NCBI GenBank assembly: GCA_009602735.1
Contig: WELA01001035.1
Location: 515,193 to 535,192 of the forward strand
Direction of reading: 5' to 3'
Length of the DNA stretch: 20,000 nt
Source of the DNA: Mesotaenium endlicherianum
Taxonomy: Eukaryota
In this document: one piece after another, positions 1 through 8,743 of the stretch
How the letters are laid out: each line of letters opens with the position of its first letter
Position numbering within the stretch: the stretch's first letter is position 1
Notes under the pieces: model-generated
What the model was told of the DNA's origin: nothing
Database searches by the model: none
The model's input: only the letters and a program-made list of their open reading frames with translations
Position numbers and translations under genes: made by a program

Positions 1-1
1 A

Positions 2-1504
2 GCGGAAAACCTCAGGAAGGCTGAGGAGGAGAGACAGAAGAAACAGCAAGAAGAAGCGGCAGCGGCAGAAGAGGAGAAAAGAAAAAAGATTGAAGCGGAC
101 AGACAGAAGAGCTTGGCCACTTACAGGTATACTGTGGTGGGTGGCCAAAACTTCGATAACCTGAAGGAAGCATTGCTGGCAGCCCAGGAGATCAACAGGC
201 TGGAACAGACAACACTGCTACAGAAGGAAGGAGCTACAGCACTGGACAGGTACATCGAGACACACACCGGCGTGGTCCTTTACGAAGATTATGCTAAGAT
301 GGTGGGCTATACAGCAGAGCAGGCCCGGTATCTCGCAGATGATTCAGAGGACAAGCCGGTCCCCATACCGGGAATAGTGGGAGATCAGAGACTCATCCGG
401 ATGGTGAGCATGCGGCCCGATAGCTTTAAGGATACGGTATTCTACCTCACACTCCTGCCAGCTTACAATGAAGTTGAGAGAAGGAGCTGGGAGTACTTGG
501 CCAGGGAAGCAGGACAGCAGATGTTCTCTCCCCACTGGTTCCCGTGTAAACTGAGGAAGGCTGAGCACGGACCCCAGTACTACCAGCAGCCAACAGACTG
601 GAGGTGGATGACCGTCACAAATAAGAAGCAGGAGTGTGACCGAGCCCAACCGGATGACTTCCACTATGGCCTAGACGGCTATCTCATCCTACCACCTCAC
701 ATTGCCCCTTGGGACCCCAGGCTGAATGGATGCCTGAGCAATATGAATGCAGAGACCAAGGAACATAGGAGGAGGGGAAGAGACTACTTCTCTAAGGGAA
801 AGCATGCCTTTGTCAAATGGGCAAAGAATGCAGGCCGGATAGATATCAGTAGGCTGAAGGCCAAGCAACCTCCAGCGCGCCCTAAGAAAGGGAGGTCGGT
901 AGACTACTCCATGTCTACTAGGGAGCAGGACGACTTAGTGGACGAGACCCCTACTCTCTCCGAGGAGGAGGATGAGGAGGATGAGGAAGAAGAACAAGGC
1001 AGAGGAGAAGCATCAGCAGCAGGTACTCAGGATACCCAGGGACAGGCAGTGGCACTTCCTAAAGAACCACGATCAGGTGTGTGGAATGTGATCCCCGTTA
1101 TGGCGACAACTGGACCCCGCGCTCGCTCCCCCAGCCCACCTGCCCAAGCAGGGGAAGAAGCTGATCTGACTGTATTGGGCAGCAGACACAGGCAGAAATC
1201 CCCAGAGGACAGGGGTGCCAGAAGAGGGACACGCGGGTGGGCCAGAGGTATGCCAGCCTCCCCCTCCGCTCAGGGGCATGTACCTCTAGCCAATGTATTT
1301 CAGCATCCTACTGGAATGCCTGTCTATGTGGGCATCAACACCCAAGTGGTTGAAGAGCAGGCTACCATCCTTCGTTCTCCTCGAGGTCCAACTTTAGAGC
1401 AAACAGGGTTCTTTAGAAGGCCAGCTGACAGACCTAGAGGGCTGTCCAGATCTAGGTCCAGATCTCCGTCCCCTGATCCTGAAGCCCCAGGAACCACCCC
1501 TTAA
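2..1504 (+). CDS. Extra (non-Gag/Pol) ORF of LTR retrotransposon, copy 1; 5' end lies outside the window; function unknown
   Basis: Frame is open from nt 2 (AENLRKAEEERQKKQQEE...) to TAA at 1502-1504. E/K/R/Q-rich coiled-coil-like N-terminus, globular core (DSFKD, NEVERRSWEYLARE, QPTDWRWMT, LPPHIAPWDPRLNG), acidic stretch and RS-rich tail. Paralogous to 3609-5280 and about 100 bp upstream of PPT+LTR. Confidence 0.85.
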   Translation, partial: AENLRKAEEERQKKQQEEAAAAEEEKRKKIEADRQKSLATYRYTVVGGQNFDNLKEALLAAQEINRLEQTTLLQKEGATALDRYIETHTGVVLYEDYAKMVGYTAEQARYLADDSEDKPVPIPGIVGDQRLIRMVSMRPDSFKDTVFYLTLLPAYNEVERRSWEYLAREAGQQMFSPHWFPCKLRKAEHGPQYYQQPTDWRWMTVTNKKQECDRAQPDDFHYGLDGYLILPPHIAPWDPRLNGCLSNMNAETKEHRRRGRDYFSKGKHAFVKWAKNAGRIDISRLKAKQPPARPKKGRSVDYSMSTREQDDLVDETPTLSEEEDEEDEEEEQGRGEASAAGTQDTQGQAVALPKEPRSGVWNVIPVMATTGPRARSPSPPAQAGEEADLTVLGSRHRQKSPEDRGARRGTRGWARGMPASPSAQGHVPLANVFQHPTGMPVYVGINTQVVEEQATILRSPRGPTLEQTGFFRRPADRPRGLSRSRSRSPSPDPEAPGTTP

Positions 1505-1581
1505 GGTGACAGGCTGAAAAGATAGTCAGTAAGGGAGGCTGGTCAGGGTCAGTTTCTTTATTTAAAGCTTTTGCAGTTTAA

Positions 1582-1616
1582 TGTTGTCGAGGCGACAACA
1601 AGTTAAGTTGGAGGGA
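1582..1616 (+). promoter_or_regulatory. Stem-loop plus polypurine tract (plus-strand primer site) of LTR element copy 1
   Basis: TGTTGTCG-AGG-CGACAACA perfect inverted repeat (1582-1600), then TTAAGTTGGAGGGA (1603-1616) just before the LTR's TG. Same arrangement at 5353-5390. Confidence 0.8.
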
Positions 1617-1617
1617 T

Positions 1618-2362
1618 TGTAATGAATCAGTATATTAGTAGATATAATATTCATTTAAATATAATAGTTAATTTAGTTCAGCCTGCTGAACTTTAGTTAG
1701 TAGTCAGCCTGCTGAACTTTAGTTAATAATCAGTCTGCTGGACTTTACATAATTATCAGTTTAATGACTCGGCCAAAAGCAGCAGGCTGAAGTCAACTTA
1801 AGTCAGCTTGCTGACACATTCTTTGACAGCCAGCTGACTTCCGTACTCGGTAGCAGCGAACTGCCTTGATATGCATCTAAGTGCGATATGCTAGATGAAT
1901 AGCCAGATGACATCCCTATGATGGATGGCTATTCGGGATGATGGGAGATGGCGGTGGATTTGGTTAACCGAGGTCCTACCAACGTGGTTAACTCCCGGGT
2001 AGGCGGTGCCATCGCACTGACCGTTGAACAGTAAACTCATTCCATGTACATACGCTAGGCATTGCTCTCGAGTTCGGCATTCGGAAACGAGGCCAACTCT
2101 CTTGTACAGCTTACTGAGAGAGATCTGAATCCAAGGCGAGAAGCCATTGATACGCACTGTCTTCTAACCTTGCTTATGTATGAGTTTACTGATTTGCATT
2201 ATTGATGCTAGTTTACTCTCATTTGACTGACGAGTAGTATTCCCTGCTAGTGTATTGTCCTTTGCCGTTTAACGAGTTAACGGAAATACCATAAAGATTA
2301 CTTGCTGATATAAAGATCTTTATTAATTGTTAATCGCCTATTTGGTAAGTCGATTCATTTCA
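1618..2362 (+). mobile_element. Complete 3' LTR of Gypsy-type element copy 1 (745 bp)
   Basis: Starts TGTAATGAATC and ends GATTCATTTCA (TG...CA, 10/11 terminal inverted repeat). Preceded by a PPT. 1618-1974 aligns with 5392-5752. Integrase coding sequence resumes immediately after 2362. Confidence 0.85.
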
Positions 2363-3168
2363 ACAGCAAACCACCCTCAGACTGATGGGCAGACTGAAAG
2401 AAATAATCGAGTTCTTGCAAGAGGTGCTGAGAGCATATATTAACCAAAAACAAGATAATTGGGATGACCTGTTGCCTCAAATTCAGTTTGCGGTCAACAG
2501 TGCGGTGCACGCGTCAACGGGCAAGACTCCTTTTGAACTCAGTCTGGGTAGAGTCCCTAAGTCTCCTTTAGATGTACTAGGGGAGTCTTTCATTCACCCT
2601 GAGGGAATTGACAATCCGGTGTCTCTCCATTTAACTCAGGAATTCGCAAACACCCTGTCAGAAGTCCAACACAATTTGCACAAAGCCCAGGAAAATCAAC
2701 AAAAATACGCTAATCAACACCGTCGGGAGCTGACATTTTCAAAGGGCGATTTGGTCAAACTGCATTTTCATCACCTGTACCTATTTGGTGTGGTCAAGAA
2801 AATGCTTGGTCCGGTCTGGGTCGGTCCATATTCGGTGGTGCGCTGTGTTGGTCAAAATGCTTACAAATTGAATACAAGGGTCCTTCCTGGAATCATACAT
2901 CAAAGGTGACACACTGTTCACAGGTCGGTTACCTGTCCAACTGGGTCCGGTCCCCGCTCTCCGAGAAGGTGACCCTGAGGAATATGAGGTTGATGAGATT
3001 TTAGAAGCTCGCTTTGTCCGTTGATCCTCTAAATATGTCATGAAATATCTGGTCAGATGGAAGGATTACGATGCCTCTGGGGACACCTGTGAATATAAGG
3101 ACCATTTGACCAATGCCAACTAGGCGTTGAAACGATTTTACCTTCGGGAGGTTGGGATACCTCGTTAA
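2363..3168 (+). pseudogene. C-terminal part of Ty3/Gypsy (chromovirus) integrase with GPY/F motif and chromodomain, degraded
   Basis: TANHPQTDGQTERNNRVL from 2363, frameshift near 2417, then QEVLRAYINQKQDNWDDLLPQIQFAVNSAVHASTGKTPFEL...KYANQHRR...WVGPYSVV...NAYKL. After a frameshift/deletion near 2875 comes the chromodomain EEYEVDEILEARFVR*SSKYVMKYLVRWKDYDASGDTCE...HLTNAN*ALKRF (2977-3138). Internal stops at 3022 and 3121; terminal TAA at 3166. Confidence 0.93.
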
Positions 3169-3197
3169 CTGCCATTTTAGTTAACATGGGAAGGTAT

Positions 3198-3320
3198 GTG
3201 ACAGGACGTCCTGTCTCCATTAAGTTGGAGGGGAAATTTGGCCAAACGTGGCCTAAAGTGACAGTTAGTGACAGATGTCAGAAAGTGACAGTAGTCGACT
3301 GTGAGAGACAATTGTGACAG
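3198..3320 (+). repeat. Cluster of five GTGACAG motifs in the spacer between integrase and extra ORF
   Basis: GTGACAG at 3198, 3258, 3268, 3285 and 3314; 16-bp palindrome GACAGGACGTCCTGTC at 3200-3215. Confidence 0.8.
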
Positions 3321-3608
3321 GCAGCCCAGTAACAGTTGAAACAGGCAACCCACCTTAAACTTGAAGTTGGAGGGAGTGGGATAAACATCTCAAAAACTAG
3401 CCGGTTACCGATTGCCGTTGCATATTCATCCTTGACACTCAACTACGCTCACACTCACTTCCCTCTCAAGCACACTCGCACTTCCAATTTACTTACACCC
3501 GGTATTGCATGCCCTAACCCCCTCTACTACGTTCTTCCCTGTCAAAGTACTCAATCTTGTGCATGATGTCATGACTACACTAACTCCATTGTGGTGTGAG
3601 TGAGCAAG

Positions 3609-5280
3609 ATGACTCAATTGTCTAAACTCAAGAGGAAAAGAAGGGCGGACAAGGCACAGGCGGAGTATAAGGAGTTCCATGGCGACATCAAATCATCCTC
3701 CATCTCTTCTTGAGAATTAGAGCGACTCCGACTACAGCGGGAGGCTCAGAAGAGGAAGGAGGATGAAGAACAAGCCAGACTGAGACAAGAGGAGCAGGAT
3801 AGAAATGTTGCAGAGGACGCCAAGAAGGCGGAGGAACAAAGGTTGGCTGAGGAGAGGCAGAAGCGGCAGGCTGAGGAGGAACAGAGGAGAATCAAAAGCT
3901 ACCGTTACACGGTGATGGGCAAGAGCTTTGATCTTTTGGAGGAGGCCTTCAAGTACGCCCAAAGGAACCAAAGTGACTCACAGATGGACATACTGCAGCG
4001 GGAATGGGAGACAGCCCAAGGTTTTGACAAGTACATAGAAGTCAGTACAGGGCTTCTACTGTACCATGACTATGCCAGGATGGTGGAATTTACGATCCGG
4101 GAGGCCAAAGCATTGGCCCAGATTGGTGAATCTGAAACGGTGCCAATACCTAGGATCTGGGACAAAGGCAGGGTCTTCAGGTTGATCCCTATGCATACAG
4201 ACAGCTTCAAGGATGCCACTTTCCACAACCGGTTCAAGGCCATGCATAACGAGGTGGGGAGAAGAAGCTGGGAGTTTTTGGCAAGGGAGATCAGCCAATT
4301 GGATTTCTCAGGTCACCGGTACCCCTGTACTTTGAAGAGGTCGGATTCTGCTTTCTTTCTACAGCCCACTGACTGGCGCTGGATGACCATCACTATGAAG
4401 GACCAGCAAAATGACAGAGCCGAGGAAGACAATTTTCTGGCAGATCTGCTGGGGAAGATAGTGCTGCCACCTCACATTGCAGCATGGGACCCAAGGCTGA
4501 ATGGAGTCAGGGATTGCATGAGTCAGGAGACACAGGAGGATAGGACCACGGCTAGAGATTCTTTCTCTGAGGGGAAGCAAGCTTATGCCAAATTGGCAAG
4601 TAAGCAAGGGGAGAAAAGACCTGTATGCTGTCAGGTACCAGCAACCCCCACCTGCACCCAAAAGGGGGAGGTGCGTGGAATACTTCTTTTCTCGGGAACG
4701 GCTGGAGGAGATGACCAAAGAGACTCCAGACGTCTCAGAGAAACAAGAGGACAAAGAGGAGGAAGGCGCCGGAGAGGAGGCTAGTCCTGTTGAGGCACAG
4801 ACCCCTGCTACATCCCCCGCTCTACAGCAGACTGGAAGTGCCGTTGCACAAGCAGCCCTGCAGCAGCTGGGGGATACCAGCCCACCAAGAGATCCAAATC
4901 TCCAGTGGCTGGAGAGTTTCAGCAGGAAGAGTTTCACCCCAGGAGGTGAGACTCAGTCAGACAGAGCAGACAGAGGGGCTGCCAAGGAGGCAGCCAGAGG
5001 GCAACCAGCATCCCCCTCTCATAGAGGGCATGTAACCTTAGCCCATGTCATGCAGCACCCCTCCGGTATGCCAGTGTATGTCCCTGTCAGTTTGAGAGCT
5101 GCACAGGAGAGAGAGCGGTCTCCATCAACTTGCAGACAGTGCAAGAGCAGGCTGCCCAACTGTTGCATTCACCCCTTGGTTCACCCTGGTCTAAGCCTCC
5201 AGGTTTCAAGAGACCATCAGACAGGAGAAGGATCCGATTCCAGGTCTCACTCCCCAAAAGACCGAGCTCCTGGTACTTAG
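3609..5280 (+). pseudogene. Extra ORF of LTR retrotransposon, copy 2 (degraded paralog of 2-1504)
   Basis: ATG 3609 (MTQLSKLKRKRRADK...) is in frame with the 3843-4784 ORF, with one in-frame TGA at 3711. A +1 frameshift in the G-run at 4608-4611 continues into the 4585-5280 frame, with further frameshifts near 5115 and 5230. Shares YRYTVxG, DSFKD, NEVxRRSWExLARE, QPTDWRWMT, LPPHIAxWDPRLNG, PASPS..GHVxLAxVxQHPxGMPVYV and a terminal SRSxSP..APGT with copy 1. Confidence 0.88.
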
Positions 5281-5352
5281 TTTGCTGTTGTTTTTGTTTT
5301 AGATTTAGTTGGTTGTGTTGCATGTATGTTACTTTGTTGTAAATAAAAATAG

Positions 5353-5390
5353 AATTGTTGTCAAGTCAACAACAATTTAAGTTGGAGGGA
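5353..5390 (+). promoter_or_regulatory. Stem-loop plus polypurine tract of LTR element copy 2
   Basis: AATTGTTGT-7nt-ACAACAATT (5353-5377) followed by TTAAGTTGGAGGGA (5377-5390), identical to the copy 1 PPT. Confidence 0.8.
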
Positions 5391-5391
5391 C

Positions 5392-5752
5392 TGTAATGAA
5401 TCAGTATATTGGATAGATATAATATTCATTTAGATATAATAGTTAAATAAGTTCAGCTTGCTGAACTTTAGTTAATATTTAGTCTGCTGTATTTAAGTCT
5501 GCTGGATATTTGGTACATACTTAAATGACTCAGACGAGAGTAGCAGGCCAAAGTCAAATAGGTCAACCTGCTGACTTGGATTAGCTTGCTGACGCATTCT
5601 TTCACAGTCAACTGGCTGCCGTACTCGGCAGCAGCAAACAGCGTAGGTATGCATCTAAGTGTGGTGTGCTAGATGAGTGGCCAGATGACTCCCTTATGGT
5701 TGATGGCAATTCAGGATGATGGGAGATGGCTGTGGGTTTGGTTAGCCAAGGT
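5392..5752 (+). mobile_element. 3'-truncated LTR of element copy 2
   Basis: Starts TGTAATGAATCAGTATATT like 1618 and is colinear with LTR1 up to ...TTTGGTTAGCCAAGGT (LTR1 position 1974). Homology then stops abruptly and transposase sequence begins. Confidence 0.88.
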
Positions 5753-7516
5753 ATCAAAGACAAATATAATAAAGTCCTTGATCGCCTTCTTAAACAAGCC
5801 TGAGAACAAGGACATGCTGGAAGCAATCATGGTTGAACTGGACTTAAAGGTACGCGTAGAGGAGGCCACTGTGAAGTAGATTCAAAAGCAGTGTGATGAC
5901 AAGCTGGGATTTGCCATAAAGTACAAATTAAAACTCTCCCAGAAGCAATATCAGATGCTTGTGAACATGTTGTCTAAGACCTACTCTCAAAAGTCAGGGT
6001 TGTGGGAGCCCAGGTGTTTAAGGGGCACAAGTATTCGCCTCCTCAAGACCGCTTCTAGAAGGAAGGTAGAGAAGCTGGCAGCTAAAATATATGCAGGTGT
6101 CAGCCCCGAGGAGAGTGCAAATGGGCTGAGTGTAACTGTGTCGTTGCACGAGGTCTTGAGATAACGCCTTCTACAGTTACAGCTCCGTCCAGGCAGGTGG
6201 TACGGGTACAGATTATTAGAGATGCTACTCTATTGCACCGAGGGGTGAACCAAACTACCATCGCCGTGAAAGTGATCACAAAAGACAGCTTGGGCACGAC
6301 AAACTCAGCAAGAAACACATGTACAGTGGTGTGTTTTGAAGGCGAAGATGACTACAATTGCATATAGGTTGTTTCTTCAAGGCTGCTTGAAAAAATGGGG
6401 GAAGTCATTCTGGCAGGCCTGCATGTGGGAGGAGGGCTATTTAAAGTATATCAAGGCGGGGATTACAAGTTCAATAATAGCTTGTACGGGCTGACAGGGG
6501 CAAGCTCGACGTATCCGTGTTTGTGGTGCCTCGTGACGTCGAAGGAAATCCACAACAGGTTTCGGCGCGGTGCGAGCGTCTCTCGCTTCTTGGAGGGGAT
6601 GAGGGCTGCAGCACATGCTCCCGACTTGGACCGATTGCCCATGACCTGTCCCCACTGCTCAAAGCACTTTGAGCACAAGTCAGACCTTGACAGCGATATC
6701 ATGAAAGCAACACGGGGTAAGCCGGAAAAGAAAAGCACAAAAGCGAGGCTAAACTAGCACCTGCAGCACCAAGGATAGAGGCACAAGAAGCCCCCTCTCT
6801 TCAATATCCCTCCCAATGATTGCGTTGTTTGCATATTGCATTTGAACTTGCGGATCTCCGCAACCTTGTACGAGAGAACTCTCCATGCATTCCTACCAGC
6901 AGGACAGAAGAAGGAAGATGAGTTTTACAAGATTATTTAAGATAAAGTGAATGCGAAGATACCCAAGGAGGTGGTGAAGGCCCTCAGCAAAGGCGAGAAG
7001 AGAAACCGGGCGGCAAAGCCAAGCTTTATTGGTCAAGAGTGCCACCGTCTCCTTGAGCCCTTTGTAGAGCTGGCAGCTTGTGTCTTTTGTGACCTGCCTG
7101 CAGATGCAAAAAGGCTACAGGCATCGCTAGATACATGGGATGCATATGGAGTGTGTTTGGCTGCCCATATGGAGCCTATATCCTCGGAGGATACATACGC
7201 TGAGAGAGAAGCAAAGGCTTTCCTCGTGGAGGCACTTGCTGATGACTTTGAAGACAAGTTTGTGGCGGCCTGCGCTGCTGACCAGATTACAGAGTATATG
7301 CATATACTCAAATGCCACATAGGAGACATGATACGGAGACATGGGGACCTTGACCAATTTAGTGGTGAAGACATTGAGGCATTGCATCAGTAGAGAAACT
7401 CAGCCAAGACGAACAAGAGGAAAGTCATGGTCGACACTAGAGGGAGGGTGTACAGCACCCTCCTGAAATTCTCTCCTCTCCGGCAAGTCTTTCTAATTCC
7501 ATTTGTACAAGGCTAG
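5753..7516 (+). pseudogene. RAG1/Transib-like DDE transposase, 5'-truncated and degraded
   Basis: Reconstructed through stops at 5877, 6162, 6365, 6755, 6776, 6938 and 7391 and one frameshift near 6190-6193. Motifs: FAIKYKLKLSQKQYQML; VRVQIIRDAT (putative D1, 6221); GGDYKFNNSLYGLTGASSTYPCLWC (D2 at 6461 plus CxxC); PLFNIP..CVVCILHLNLRI; FIGQECHRLL; ITEYMHILKCH; GDLDQFSGEDIEALHQ (putative E, 7376). Order and character match RAG1 core motifs (LSCSQY, SCDG, GYDEK..GL..SGSVYICTLC, DALH, NGNFARKL, TNYFHKTLAH, GSIGAWASEGNE). Confidence 0.85.
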
Positions 7517-7713
7517 CTCTTGCTATTTTTGCAGCGTGTATTAAGTTAATCTTTCACGCAAAGTCCACAAGCAAGCATCCTAAGACAGAAATCTATTAGC
7601 CTGTAGTGAATATGAGTGCTAGTGTCTATGTCGTGAGGTGCTTTCTGTATTAGTCTATCATAACACTGATCAGGGGCCACCACAAAATGCCCCCCCCTAT
7701 TTAAGATTGGAAA

Positions 7714-8395
7714 TTAAAAATTTAAAGTAAGTGTTTTCTCTCTTAACTTGTTCATCCTCCAATCTATGAAGAAAGGGGGGACGATAGCAACAACCTCCCC
7801 TGACTTTGGTAACAACTTGGCTGCCCCACAGCCCAAATCACCATCCACACTTTGAAAAGACAAAAGGGCATCTAAGTCTTCTACAATCCAGCAAACTCTT
7901 TGAATGCTCCGCGACACCATAGGCTCTATTTTGGTGATGTAATGAGAGACTTCTATGCCTACTCTCTCAAACAGAGTTTCAAACAAAGCTTTAGAGACAT
8001 TCACATCAACCATGCAAACACCCGCCTGAGGAGTAGAATCCAACCTTGCATACAGCCGTCTCCTATAGTTTGGAAGCGAGTCTTGAGGGTCCACCTCGAC
8101 GGCCCGCATGAAGGACTTGGTGCACCTCTTACAATAGGAGAGGCCCCTTCCTCTTTGAAGGCCGCAATTGCTGCCGTATTTTGGGAGTGATGCCATGTTG
8201 TACATGGCTCACCGGGCAGATTTACTAGGCTGCCTTACCTGTCAGACCCCACAAAACATGTAAGAAGGTATTAAGGTCATGATTATGGATGTTGTTACAG
8301 GTCTGCAACTCTTTTTGCAAGGCGTATTACCATTTGGCCGCTCATGATGACTTGTAGTTCAAAATTAGGTGTACCCTCATACTGGTCAAATCAGC
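7714..8395 (-). pseudogene. 3' exons of a spliced gene of unknown function, convergent with the transposase
   Basis: The 163-aa ORF 8205-7714 extends in frame to an AG acceptor (exon start 8238, VRQPSKSAR*AMYN). An upstream 65-nt exon 8395-8331 (TGCAG/GTAATA) joins in phase (*FDQYEGTPNFELQVIMSGQM). Both stops are TGA, as expected from CGA decay. Confidence 0.5.
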
Positions 8396-8699
8396 CTGCA
8401 ACCCTAAATGAAGAAGAAAGAAGTTCAAAAGAGTCCATTTCACGTTTCCAAGTGACTTCTAACTTTATGTTTATGTACAGGTTACTGCAGCCCGCTAGTA
8501 CCCCTCCACACATTAGGCCCAGTTTACAGTGGGCAAATCAATAGCGACTTGATTGATTGAAAGGTACGAACTGGTACCTGCAGGTACATTTTCAATTTGA
8601 GCGCAATAAAAGTGATGTTTACAATGGTCTTTAGGCGCCACGTGATTGATTGAAGTTGGTAAAAAAATTGATTGAACTTCGTGGTTTTAATCAATCAAA

Positions 8700-8743
8700 C
8701 TCGGATTTTCAAACCTGCTCTCGAGCAGGTTTGAGAATCTGAG
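8700..8743. repeat. 44-bp near-perfect inverted repeat (hairpin/cruciform)
   Basis: CTCGGATTTTCAAACCTGCTC-TC-GAGCAGGTTTGAGAATCTGAG: 21-bp arms with two G-T mismatches. Confidence 0.85.

Noticed and set aside
2..1504. Extra ORF as a retroviral envelope or Gag protein
   Set aside because: No signal peptide, transmembrane helix, CCHC knuckle or recognisable capsid motif; it sits 3' of pol.
1675..1745. Short palindromic repeats as a CRISPR array
   Set aside because: Units are nearly adjacent with no unique spacers, lie inside an LTR in eukaryotic DNA, and no cas genes are present.
344..4937. Antisense ORFs over the extra-ORF copies (344-664, 1073-1279, 3732-3971, 4056-4298, 4359-4937)
   Set aside because: Shadows of purine-rich sense coding sequence with no independent motifs.
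7714..8238. Convergent ORF as a RAG2 homolog
   Set aside because: No Kelch repeats (GG...W pattern) or PHD finger visible; only the orientation is RAG2-like.
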